Source: Parcubacteria group bacterium
GTDB taxonomy: Bacteria; Patescibacteriota; Minisyncoccia; Phycocordibacterales; Phycocordibacteraceae
NCBI GenBank assembly: GCA_028286605.1
Contig: JAQBRE010000002.1
Span: 60,219-124,218, forward strand
Length of the DNA: 64,000 bases
Reading direction: 5' to 3'
Positions 36,489 to 46,042 of the stretch are shown here, piece by piece (positions within the stretch are counted from its first letter, which is position 1; every line of letters begins with the position of its first letter). The notes under the pieces were generated by a model. It saw only the letters and a program-made list of their open reading frames with translations, made no database searches and was not told where the DNA came from. The position numbers were made by a program, and so were the translations under genes.

Positions 36489-37696
36489 AGGTCGTACTCC
36501 CAAAGCGAACCAGTCTTCTTGTCTGTAAATACCAAGACATCTTCCTTCGGATCGACGGTCAGTGAAACCGCATCGATAGAAGTCTTCGCAACAGCAGTAG
36601 GGTCAACGATGAGCGTTGCAACGCGTGCAGTCATGTCGATGCGCCAGATACGGTCAGTGAAGGACACGGCACCCTGATACCAGTCGTCTGGAAGATTTCC
36701 TGAACCAAGATCCGTCGGTACGCCGCAGTACACCGTTACTTCGTCTGCCCAAACGCACTTTTCTGTAAGAGTGGCAAGCGGAAGCGCTGTTGCAGAATGA
36801 GTCGCAATATTTATAACTGCCAGATGCACGACACCGCCATCTACATAGCTATAGAGGAGTGATTTTCCAGACGGGCTCGGTAGAAGCGTGAGGCCAGCAA
36901 GAGGCCCGAGTATTCGCGTGAATGAATTTCCATTGATTTGGAACCCGTACCCGAACGTCGCACTCGATGCTTTCGTATGTGCAAAATAGGTATTCCCTGC
37001 CGGATATACGATGAGCGAAGAAACGAGCGAAGTGAAAAGCGTGCGAGGGCTTGAGCCATCGATTTTAGAAACCGTTCCCACCGAACCGCTCGTGCTCGTA
37101 AGTAATGTAAATAGTCCAGTTGAGCTGGCGACACGTGCCTCAGCAAGATCCTGCTCAAGGAAATATCCACCGTTTCCATCTGAAGGAAGCGCATAGGTTG
37201 CGACATGTTCGCCATCAGTCGCGTTCGTCGTGATGAACTGCACATATGCCATAGAACCGTTCGGAACCCATGATGCCACCTGAATACCTGGCAGTGTTTT
37301 GTTAGAGCGGCGCGTAAGCGTACGGGCATGTGCGATGTAGCTGTAGATATTGCCGCTAGCGCGATCTATGAAACGCACGTCTACGTCTGGTGTGGTCGGC
37401 GTACTGCTACTTGTCGTTGCGCCATTCGTCGGTATCGCGATATTTACATCTACCGCAGCAACACCTTCAGCGACAGGGCCATCGGTAATCTTTACGAAGT
37501 TCGGCGCAACGATGGTGCCAGCACCTTGGCCCTCTGTAAGGCCACCCGGAGTCGTCGTACTGCTTCCCGCATTAGCAAATGGATTACCAACCGTAAGCGT
37601 CCCCGCCTTCGGCGCAAAGAATAAGTAATACGCACCGATCGCCAGCCCGATGATGACGATGATTGCTGCAACAATGATAAGGATTCGACGCATCAT
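36485..37696 (-). CDS. Membrane-anchored beta-propeller-like protein, end of the T4SS-like locus
   Basis: N-terminal TM, EKCVW, YCGVP, LPDDWYQG. Confidence 0.75.
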   Translation of the reverse strand: MMRRILIIVAAIIVIIGLAIGAYYLFFAPKAGTLTVGNPFANAGSSTTTPGGLTEGQGAGTIVAPNFVKITDGPVAEGVAAVDVNIAIPTNGATTSSSTPTTPDVDVRFIDRASGNIYSYIAHARTLTRRSNKTLPGIQVASWVPNGSMAYVQFITTNATDGEHVATYALPSDGNGGYFLEQDLAEARVASSTGLFTLLTSTSGSVGTVSKIDGSSPRTLFTSLVSSLIVYPAGNTYFAHTKASSATFGYGFQINGNSFTRILGPLAGLTLLPSPSGKSLLYSYVDGGVVHLAVINIATHSATALPLATLTEKCVWADEVTVYCGVPTDLGSGNLPDDWYQGAVSFTDRIWRIDMTARVATLIVDPTAVAKTSIDAVSLTVDPKEDVLVFTDKKTGSLWEYDL

Positions 37697-37699
37697 ATG

Positions 37700-38410
37700 T
37701 TAATTCTTACCGCAGCACTGATACCCAACGACCTGACCAAGAGCTGGGTTAGCGTTACAGCATGATTGAGGAATTACTCCTTCTCCGGAGGGGCACATCG
37801 TTGTGGTTGGAGAATTGGTAATAGTTTTATACTGACACTGATTCTGATTCTGCGTAGAAGAGATACACGTGCTATTGCTGCAGACATCAGTACCAGTACA
37901 CGCTGGCGAACAGCTCGACATGCCATATACGCCACCTGTCTTGTCTGCGTTCGGTACTGTTGAACCGTTCGTAAGAGGCGTAACTTGAACATCACCCCCT
38001 GTACCGTTTTTGCTCTGCAGGCCTGTAAAATTAAGGCTTATATTAAGAATCTTCGGATTGATGACGCTGAATACCACGAACGGAGAGAGCACCAGTACAA
38101 GACCAAGAATCGCATTCATGATCTTTGCACGCGCTTTCGTATTTTTGGAAACGCTGTCCGCACTGCCCATAAAGATGAAGCCTGCCCAAATTATCTGAGC
38201 AATAGCGAAGAACGCAGCAAGACCGATGCTGATGCGATACAGGTTGTTTATGAAAGATGGTAACGATATGGCATTTGCCGCAACCGTAGAAAGGCCGGGA
38301 AGCTGCGTAAGCGGTACGAACTGGTCGTCGGCGAATGCGAGAAGTGGTATTGAAATCGCGACACCGCTTGCGACGAATGCTGCTGCAGTTATAAGGGTGG
38401 AACGTTTCAT
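37700..38410 (-). CDS. VirB2/TrbC-like pilin with Cys-rich C-terminal extension
   Basis: IIWAGF...KARAKIMNAILGLVL...INP; 8 Cys in the tail. Confidence 0.75.
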   Translation of the reverse strand: MKRSTLITAAAFVASGVAISIPLLAFADDQFVPLTQLPGLSTVAANAISLPSFINNLYRISIGLAAFFAIAQIIWAGFIFMGSADSVSKNTKARAKIMNAILGLVLVLSPFVVFSVINPKILNISLNFTGLQSKNGTGGDVQVTPLTNGSTVPNADKTGGVYGMSSCSPACTGTDVCSNSTCISSTQNQNQCQYKTITNSPTTTMCPSGEGVIPQSCCNANPALGQVVGYQCCGKN

Positions 38411-38413
38411 ACT

Positions 38414-39400
38414 CTATAGACCAAATATACCAAGAGATTTCTTCGCGCCGAACTGAACGGTCATGGAAGTATCTCCGAGCTGGCTAGTATCTGACTGTTT
38501 TGCTTCGAAACCGACTACTGCCGTTCCGGAACCTGCGCCGTTTGAACGAACGGTAATATCCTGCCCTGCCTGACTCGCCACATCATTAACCGTCCAGGTG
38601 AGTGACGGTGAACCGGTGAAGTAATAAGGCACGCCACGGAAGGTATCCTCTGCATCGCTCATAGCGATGGTATCTGGAAGCGCATAGTTGAATAGAGGAC
38701 CAAGGAGCGGATCATTCTGATAGATGCGCACGATAGGGCTTACCGGCGATATGAAAGCAGACGCCTGTGCAACGCCGCTGCTGTCAGGGGTAGCAACCGT
38801 TACGGTAATCGTTGCGTTGCGGTACTGCACGGGAGCTGTCGCAGTGAGTACGGATTTTCCGATGCCTGAATCACTTTCAAGAATCTGGTCACCGTTTTTC
38901 CACGTATACACAAGGCTTGAAGCAGGAACAAGCGCTCCTGATGCGGTGCGCAGGTTTGGTAATGCGACGAGCCGTACAAGGCCTCCAGAGGCCACAAGTG
39001 ATGCTCCGTGATAAAACGGATGCGATGTAGAAACAGGCTCTACGATAAGCGCCACATCAGCGGGGCGAATAACAAGGCTCTGGCTATAAGTCTTTCCATC
39101 GCTGGTAACTGCCACAACTTTGATCGTACTTGCGACGCCCGCGGCACCTGCTTGTACCTGTACGGGCGCTGAGCCACTTCCCTTCTGTATGACTGTTCCA
39201 TTCACAGAAATAGTCACCTGACTTGAAGAAAGGTCGATAAGCGTGCTATCAGGCGTTACGGTAACCGCTTGATAGGGTGCTGGGTACTGTGGGTCGATGG
39301 AAACAGTAAGTGGGTCTGTACCAGCTGGTACTTGCTGAGCGAATACAGGATGAGCGCCTGTAAGAAGGAGTAGGGCTGCAAAGACGAAACCAGCTTTCAT
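38414..39400 (-). CDS. Secreted Ig-like beta-rich protein
   Basis: Signal peptide, P.YP.P, LVYTW, SGIGK. Confidence 0.7.
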   Translation of the reverse strand: MKAGFVFAALLLLTGAHPVFAQQVPAGTDPLTVSIDPQYPAPYQAVTVTPDSTLIDLSSSQVTISVNGTVIQKGSGSAPVQVQAGAAGVASTIKVVAVTSDGKTYSQSLVIRPADVALIVEPVSTSHPFYHGASLVASGGLVRLVALPNLRTASGALVPASSLVYTWKNGDQILESDSGIGKSVLTATAPVQYRNATITVTVATPDSSGVAQASAFISPVSPIVRIYQNDPLLGPLFNYALPDTIAMSDAEDTFRGVPYYFTGSPSLTWTVNDVASQAGQDITVRSNGAGSGTAVVGFEAKQSDTSQLGDTSMTVQFGAKKSLGIFGL

Positions 39401-39435
39401 TGTGTACAGTATAGCGCGTTTGCGCATGCCACTGC

Positions 39436-39837
39436 TTATGCGGCTCGGGATAGAGGTGGCCTGCGAACGTTATCATTTGCTGCTTTTGCTGCCGATTCCT
39501 TTTCTTCTCCCTTCGCGTCTTGGTCCAGAAGATAGTATGTGGTTCCGAGCTGTATGGTGAGTGCTGGTATAAAATCATCAAGCCCAGGAGCTACATTAAC
39601 AACGCCGTTGACAATAACATTGGCCATTTTCTGCGCAGATCTTTTCCCTCCTATATATTTTGGTCCTACACGAATGAAGAAATAAAGATTCAAAGAAATC
39701 AGACCGAACATCTTTAACGGCCAGCCAAGAAGATCAATGCCAGGTATCCAGCAGATGGCCATGCACGCAAGATCAATCGCAGCCGTGAACATATACAGGA
39801 ACATCTTTTCGATCGAATCGATTTTCCCTGAATCCAT
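39436..39837 (-). CDS. Membrane hypothetical protein
   Basis: Hydrophobic ORF within the operon. Confidence 0.65.
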   Translation of the reverse strand: MDSGKIDSIEKMFLYMFTAAIDLACMAICWIPGIDLLGWPLKMFGLISLNLYFFIRVGPKYIGGKRSAQKMANVIVNGVVNVAPGLDDFIPALTIQLGTTYYLLDQDAKGEEKESAAKAANDNVRRPPLSRAA

Positions 39838-39843
39838 AGCGGT

Positions 39844-41667
39844 CTATGCTGAGCCTGCTGCGTCCTGACGCATCTTTTCCTGTTGTATCTGCAGAAGCTG
39901 CGACGGATCGGAGGTGATTATCTGATCTTCTGTATACGAAGCGACTATCTTGATAGCGGCGTGTTTCAAACCGGCGAAGAAGAGGCCCTCCCCCACTCCT
40001 GATTCAAGCAGGAGGTATTTTTCTTCATCAGTAAGACCGAATGTTTCCTGAAGAACGTCCACTGTTGTCGGCGATTGCTTAAGCAGCAGCTGCATCGAAG
40101 AGTTCGTAAGGATCGGACGACCATACGGGCTGCGAAGGAAGTCCTCCACGTCCTGTGTGATAGTGGCGAGACCAAGGAAGTACTTACGACCACGCTTCGC
40201 CAAACTGAATAGAAACGAGGCTGTGTCTTCAGACTTCATCATCCACCACGCCTCATCAATAATGAGCAGGCGTTTCTTCAGTTCATGCCGTACGGAATTC
40301 CATATATAGTGCGTAACGATATACATCGCGACCGGCTTGAGCTCGTCCTCCATGTCACGCACAGAGAACACGACGAACTGATTATTGATATCAACGTTTG
40401 TTGGCTGGTTCAGGAAGCCTGCCCATGTGCCCTTCGTGTATTTCGAAAGACGCTGCACGAGCGAGGTGGAACCCTCCATGCCCGAAAGAACACTTTCGAA
40501 ATCGGAAAGAAGCGGTGGTTCTACGCCGGTGAAATCCGTATCGCCGCTAATATCTTTCAGCGCGTAGGTTTCAGAGATCGCGCGGTCTATGATTGCGTCC
40601 TCTTCCGGCGTGAGGCCGCCGAGCATGATACGGAACAAGCCCACGAGGTTGATGATCGTGCTGCGCAGGATATCTGCAGGGTTTTCGTCCTCACGCACCG
40701 GCGGAAGATCAAATGGATTAATGTGGTTCTCGCTTGAAAGCGAAATATTGAACATCTTGCCGCCGGTTGCCTGTGCAAGGTATTCATATTCACGTTCAGG
40801 ATCGATAACGATAACTTCCGTATCAAACATGAGCGAACGAAGGATTTCCAGTTTCACTGCGTAGGACTTTCCAGAACCAGACTTCGCGAAGACCACGGAG
40901 TTGTAGTTCTCAAGAGAGAAGCGATCAAAGAGGATCAGCGATGCATTGTGACGGTTAATGCCATACAGGATGCCGCGATCACTTGAAAGGTCGAACGAAA
41001 CGAATGGGAAGATGCTAGAAAGCGGGGATGAATTGAGCTTGTTCGTAACGGCGAGCTCATCTATAGCGAGCGGTAGCGTTGAACGGAAGCCTTGTTCCTG
41101 CTGGAACAGTGCGGGTTTCGTATACACGAGCTTTGAATCAAGGATGCCGCGCAAGTCCCCCTCTACCTTGTCTAGCTCTTCTTTCGTAGACGCATACATA
41201 GTGATGTACAGGCCAACTTCGAACAGTTTTTCCTGCGCCTGTTGCAGATTATCGCGCAACGTTTCAAGGTCTTGATATGCCGTATCAAGCATGGGGTCAC
41301 GAACGAGGCCGCGCCCTTCTCGCTCTGCTATCTGGCTCTGTACCTCAGCCACTTTCTTCTGGAAATTACGCAAAGCGTCGGCCGTGTCGATTGGATTAAC
41401 GAATATAGATACGTCGAAGACCTTATCCAGGTTGATGATAGGTGTGAACCAGCCGTCTGAAAGGAATCGAGGATAGGAGATCGTATAAAAGGAACGGGCT
41501 ACCTTCTCACCAAGCTCTATCTCACGTGAGCTCACCTTGAGCGCCGCAGGCGCGATGGTGTCCGCCAGATCAAGCGTACCCTGCGCGTAAATATCTTTCG
41601 GCAGCACTGGCGCAACGACGGGTGCGTCTTCTTTTTTGCCACGGTTTAGGAAGTCGAGAAGTGCCAT
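39844..41667 (-). CDS. virB4: VirB4-like conjugation ATPase
   Basis: AKSGSGKS, IDPEREY, INPFD, IDEAW, KRGRKY, ITQ. Confidence 0.93.
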   Translation of the reverse strand: MALLDFLNRGKKEDAPVVAPVLPKDIYAQGTLDLADTIAPAALKVSSREIELGEKVARSFYTISYPRFLSDGWFTPIINLDKVFDVSIFVNPIDTADALRNFQKKVAEVQSQIAEREGRGLVRDPMLDTAYQDLETLRDNLQQAQEKLFEVGLYITMYASTKEELDKVEGDLRGILDSKLVYTKPALFQQEQGFRSTLPLAIDELAVTNKLNSSPLSSIFPFVSFDLSSDRGILYGINRHNASLILFDRFSLENYNSVVFAKSGSGKSYAVKLEILRSLMFDTEVIVIDPEREYEYLAQATGGKMFNISLSSENHINPFDLPPVREDENPADILRSTIINLVGLFRIMLGGLTPEEDAIIDRAISETYALKDISGDTDFTGVEPPLLSDFESVLSGMEGSTSLVQRLSKYTKGTWAGFLNQPTNVDINNQFVVFSVRDMEDELKPVAMYIVTHYIWNSVRHELKKRLLIIDEAWWMMKSEDTASFLFSLAKRGRKYFLGLATITQDVEDFLRSPYGRPILTNSSMQLLLKQSPTTVDVLQETFGLTDEEKYLLLESGVGEGLFFAGLKHAAIKIVASYTEDQIITSDPSQLLQIQQEKMRQDAAGSA

Positions 41668-41670
41668 AAA

Positions 41671-42306
41671 TTATGCAGTGAATGAAATAGGGTTTTCCAT
41701 CTCGCCCAAATTGAAGGAACGGTACAGGAGCTCGATGATCTCTTCGGTACCGAGTGGCACAGCACGCAGCCCTGCACTTCCGAGCCCTCCTGCCACCAGC
41801 GCCATACGCTGCTCGAGCTGCACGCGGCTCTCTTCAAAACTCACGTCGACACCCGGTGCTGCAGCAACCGAACTCTTTCCTATTCCCGCAAAGGCACCCT
41901 TAACCGAAACGGCTGCACTGTTCGTTGAATACGGAACCACGATATAGAACGTCTTCGTCATAATGTCCGACCCCTCGATGAAATTACGGATGAACTGAAT
42001 GTATTCACGAAGCTGAATACGCATAAGTTCGCTGGTCTGATGCTCGAGCCGTTCACTCAGCAAGTTCAGATACGGACGAATATCCGTCTTGCGCGAATGG
42101 ATGACGATCTGCACCGTGAAATCGAGCGTATTAAGGAAATTCTGGAACCCGCCGATGATCGCCTTCTGTTCGTCTTCCGATTTCAGCGCGAAGTTAAGCG
42201 AAGAACACATCATGATGCCGCGATAACCGCCCTCCTTAAGGATAACGACACCGTTCCGAACTTCGGAAACCGGTACGAATGCTTGGGTTGGTTTTGGTGT
42301 AGCCAT
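41671..42306 (-). CDS. VirB4 N-terminal-like (TraC-family) protein
   Basis: NFALKSEDEQ, FLNTLDF.VQI, FYIVVPY. Confidence 0.75.
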   Translation of the reverse strand: MATPKPTQAFVPVSEVRNGVVILKEGGYRGIMMCSSLNFALKSEDEQKAIIGGFQNFLNTLDFTVQIVIHSRKTDIRPYLNLLSERLEHQTSELMRIQLREYIQFIRNFIEGSDIMTKTFYIVVPYSTNSAAVSVKGAFAGIGKSSVAAAPGVDVSFEESRVQLEQRMALVAGGLGSAGLRAVPLGTEEIIELLYRSFNLGEMENPISFTA

Positions 42307-42307
42307 A

Positions 42308-42724
42308 TTAAAGGGTTTCGGGCGGTTTGGTGTGATCCTGAATATCCAGGGACCATGCAAGATCCTTCAGTTTTCCTTGTGAAAGGCCCAGTTTCTCACG
42401 AACGGGCGCAACAGTAGCCTGAACGATGGCAGGAGTCTCTGATTTCTGCTCTTTTTTCCAAAGATAGAGGCGTCCTCCTGTGTAGTAGATGAAACCTGCT
42501 TCAAGAATATCAAGGAAACTCTTGTTGTTTACCTTATAGAATGCAAGCGCTAATGCGAGGCCCATAATTGGTACGGAAAGCGCTGCGCCGATGATGAATG
42601 GAAGATAGAGAATGAGACCGACGCACATACCGACACCGCCTGCCAGGAATACGAATTGGCGCAGCGTAAGCGGGCCGAATATTTTATTCTCTACTTCGAT
42701 GAACTGAGGAACCTGATACTCCAT
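42308..42724 (-). CDS. PrgI family (VirB3-like) protein
   Basis: QVPQFIEVENKIFGPLTLRQF, 2 TM. Confidence 0.88.
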   Translation of the reverse strand: MEYQVPQFIEVENKIFGPLTLRQFVFLAGGVGMCVGLILYLPFIIGAALSVPIMGLALALAFYKVNNKSFLDILEAGFIYYTGGRLYLWKKEQKSETPAIVQATVAPVREKLGLSQGKLKDLAWSLDIQDHTKPPETL

Positions 42725-42771
42725 TGCTACGAGTATACCAGTTCGTTGCGCATGCTTCCTTACTCTTGAAC

Positions 42772-43650
42772 TTATTCTGGAGCCTCGCGATACGGATCCA
42801 TGCCGTATTCCTTCACAATTGGCACTGCAGGCGTGTTCGGCGTACTAAATGAAGATGACTGACCGGGAAGATTCGACGGAATCGGCACAGAAGCAGCGCG
42901 TGGCTGATAGGGCGGGATTACTGCGGGCGGAACGAACGCAGGTGCAATCGGCGCGGCAATCGGCATTGGTGGTGCAGGCGGCAAAACAGCGGTAGGAAGA
43001 GTAAATGGAACGCCCGTATTCGGTACGGATGATGTTTGGAATGAGCGTGCGGGCGAGGATGGCTGCCAGGTCGGTTGCGCAGTACGGATCGTCGTCGTTT
43101 CCTGCGGTGCATGAGGATGCTTGGCCATTTCTTTAGCAAGTTCCATATCGTGCACCATAGTACGGATTACCGGTTGTGCCGCAACCGGTGCTACAGGAAT
43201 ACTGGTGGGTGGTGGAGCGAAGGGGGCAGGAGCCGCTGGCGCGAATACCTGCATTGGCGGTGCAACTGGTCGTGCTGGCGCAGGAATAGGGGTACTGGCA
43301 AGAACTGGTGTCACAGAATCCGTACTCTGTTCCTCGTGTTGTAGCTGCTTGAAGACGCGCTCATTCACATCTGTCGTGAGTCCGCGTACCGCAGCATCAG
43401 GAATACCTGCATCACGCAGCTCCTGCACGAACTCATCCGGTGTATACACACCCAACAACATATATAGGTATGAGCGTTCGAACACTCCCGCCTGATCAAT
43501 GCGCAACAAGTATTTTGCACCTAGTTCCGCCGCTACAGCGTCACGCTGAGGACTACGTAGAAAATCTTGCAATGGTTGTGGCAACTCTTGCATCAACACG
43601 GCCATCTGCTCCGCTAAGGTTAGCTCTTCAGGAATCTGATTCTCATCCAT
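42772..43650 (-). CDS. Pro-rich hypothetical protein
   Basis: Helical N-domain, Pro/Ala linker, IRTM..D and DPYRE motifs. Confidence 0.75.
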   Translation of the reverse strand: MDENQIPEELTLAEQMAVLMQELPQPLQDFLRSPQRDAVAAELGAKYLLRIDQAGVFERSYLYMLLGVYTPDEFVQELRDAGIPDAAVRGLTTDVNERVFKQLQHEEQSTDSVTPVLASTPIPAPARPVAPPMQVFAPAAPAPFAPPPTSIPVAPVAAQPVIRTMVHDMELAKEMAKHPHAPQETTTIRTAQPTWQPSSPARSFQTSSVPNTGVPFTLPTAVLPPAPPMPIAAPIAPAFVPPAVIPPYQPRAASVPIPSNLPGQSSSFSTPNTPAVPIVKEYGMDPYREAPE

Positions 43651-43690
43651 TACTGTAGTATCGCTCCTAATGTACATTATTTCCACTGAA

Positions 43691-46036
43691 CTACGCAGCT
43701 GGAGGTGGAGCATCTTCTTCTTTTTGGGCATCTATTGCCTCACTAAGCTTATCGGAAATTTCAGCTTCCTTTGCATTGCCATCACTAATTGCTTTACCCA
43801 AATCCTTAAAAAGGCTTTCAGATTTTGTTTGCTTTAGGCTCCTCTTAATTGCATTTGATGCCTCTCTTTCTGGACGACCAGTGAGGAATCCTGGAACAAA
43901 TGTACGGGCTTTCGAAAGATTATCAGCATATCTTCCCTGACGACTGCTTAGCAATATTTTTCTATCCAGAGCATCTGAATCAACCTTGTATTTCCTCTCT
44001 TCAGCAACTTGCTTGTCGGTAATTTCCTGTAGATCGTTGCTGTATTTGTCAGCGGTTGCAAGATACTCTGCGCGTGATGTCTTGAGTTTGTCTGCATTAC
44101 TTACTAGGGTAGACTTCTGTGCGGTTAGCGCATTTATCTTGGTGCTTGAGATCAATGTTTCCTGTGTTTGGCCTTGTCTGAACAATTCATCATGATTAGC
44201 TGTTTCAGCAGCTATCTCGTTAGTAAGGCGGACATACTCTGGATCCTCTTCACCCGATGCGACCTTCTTTTCAAGATCAGAAATTGAATTCGCATAAGAA
44301 TTTCTGGCATTAACGAGAGAGTCTCTCTTATTCTTACTGTCTGTTTGTGCTGTTTTGTGAGCAGTATCAGTGTTCTTTTTCTGCTCTTTAAGAGCTTTAG
44401 CCTCAGCATCCTCTGTTGGATTTGGTTTAATCGAGTTCGCATAGTCCGTGCGCGCCTTGATATCTTTCTTCTCAATTTCGGCATACCCGCCGGCTGCAGT
44501 TTTGCCAGGCTTACCAAGATCTATCTTTGCAGCCTTGGTAATATTTCCCGCGAACTTGGTTGCGCGAGGATCGAAGCTTGATTTCGCACCCCTATCAGCA
44601 ATCGATGCAAGCCGGCGTCCCATTTCTGTATCAGCAAGTCCTGGAGTATTGCGTATGCTGCGTCCTATAGCAGCAGACCCTGCGCCAACAGTGCGTCGTG
44701 CAACGAATGCACCGCTTCCAAACGCGACGCCGCCCGCTGTCTTTATCGCGAAGTCTGCACCCATAGCACCGAATTTCTTCGCAGCCATAAGCGCCCCAAT
44801 GAGGCCGGCAATAATAAGTAAGAACACCATGATAATTCCCATGTTGTCGGTACCCGGACCGGTCAGTGCACTCGCGAGCCCATTATTATTCGATACTGAT
44901 GAAAAGCCTTCGGTTACCTTAAGATCTATAAAAATCAGCAAGAATAAAATAGGCGCGAAGAATGCCTGATGTATAAGCGTGTTCCACCAGCCTTTCGCTA
45001 TTTTCTCGAGGGGCGGGAGTGCCATTCCAGCGAACCCTATCGGGGAAAGGACGATAAGGCCGGTAAGAACGACGGCGCGCCAGGCAAGCATAAGCGCCGC
45101 CGCTAAAAGAACAACCGTACCGACTATTGAGAACAGCGAAAGGCCGATTAGAACCAAGGCTTTGTTCGTGACCGTAACAGTACCGCCAGTCTTAAGTGCG
45201 TAGATACCAGAAAGTCCGGTTGACTCCATGATGTGTCCGGCAATACCACTATTAATATTGCAGCTAGTCGTTACGCACGGGTCGGTATTTGCCTGTGCGT
45301 ACAGCGCGGAGGTTAGAACGTTGGAAGTATCAATAATTGCTTCTGCAGCGAAGATACTGAAATTCAGAAGTATCGCGAAAATTATGAGCTTCGGTATCGC
45401 TTTCTTGTCTGCAAATTTTCCCGTATCAAGGATAATGCTGATGCCCATAAGTACGAAGCCGAACAGAAGGATCAGATTTCCGATATCGCGCAGTATTCCC
45501 CAAGCAGTAAGGAGGCCTGCAGAATTTCCTATAAGAGTTGAAAATTGGAATACCGTTTTAACTATGACCCAGTTCAGCAATGTTCCTGCAATCGCAAGAA
45601 TAAAGTTCGTGAAGGTAATGATGAATGTCGCCACGACATTCAAGATACAATCTCCTATGTTTGAGATTCCGCAGCCGGTGGTCGCCCCACCTCCTGCAGC
45701 AGGCGCAGGCGCTGCGGCCGCAGGTGTCGTTGCAGTAGGGGCGCCGCCGAATTCAGTCTGCGCAGCCGCAGCGCTTGCATCGATAGCGGCATTGCTTCCA
45801 GTGAAGTTTACGCTGCCGTCAGCGTTAGTGGGTACATCTGATGCAGACAAGTTTGATAATCCAGACGCATCAGGAAGCGTGGCAGTTACGTTTCCAATAC
45901 CAGTCGATGCCGGAGGCGTAGCTGCCGGAGGTGTTGCGGCCTGCGCATGTACAAGCGTTGGTGCGACAACAAAGAGCGCCGCGAACAGCAGCGTTCCTGT
46001 CAGAAGCGAGCGAATTCCTAGAGCGAAAGTTCTCAT
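43691..46036 (-). CDS. VirB6/TrbL-like polytopic membrane protein
   Basis: W.ILRDIGN, LLNFS...IID, multiple TM, WW..L, C-terminal coiled coil. Confidence 0.75.
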   Translation of the reverse strand: MRTFALGIRSLLTGTLLFAALFVVAPTLVHAQAATPPAATPPASTGIGNVTATLPDASGLSNLSASDVPTNADGSVNFTGSNAAIDASAAAAQTEFGGAPTATTPAAAAPAPAAGGGATTGCGISNIGDCILNVVATFIITFTNFILAIAGTLLNWVIVKTVFQFSTLIGNSAGLLTAWGILRDIGNLILLFGFVLMGISIILDTGKFADKKAIPKLIIFAILLNFSIFAAEAIIDTSNVLTSALYAQANTDPCVTTSCNINSGIAGHIMESTGLSGIYALKTGGTVTVTNKALVLIGLSLFSIVGTVVLLAAALMLAWRAVVLTGLIVLSPIGFAGMALPPLEKIAKGWWNTLIHQAFFAPILFLLIFIDLKVTEGFSSVSNNNGLASALTGPGTDNMGIIMVFLLIIAGLIGALMAAKKFGAMGADFAIKTAGGVAFGSGAFVARRTVGAGSAAIGRSIRNTPGLADTEMGRRLASIADRGAKSSFDPRATKFAGNITKAAKIDLGKPGKTAAGGYAEIEKKDIKARTDYANSIKPNPTEDAEAKALKEQKKNTDTAHKTAQTDSKNKRDSLVNARNSYANSISDLEKKVASGEEDPEYVRLTNEIAAETANHDELFRQGQTQETLISSTKINALTAQKSTLVSNADKLKTSRAEYLATADKYSNDLQEITDKQVAEERKYKVDSDALDRKILLSSRQGRYADNLSKARTFVPGFLTGRPEREASNAIKRSLKQTKSESLFKDLGKAISDGNAKEAEISDKLSEAIDAQKEEDAPPPAA

Positions 46037-46042
46037 AGGTGG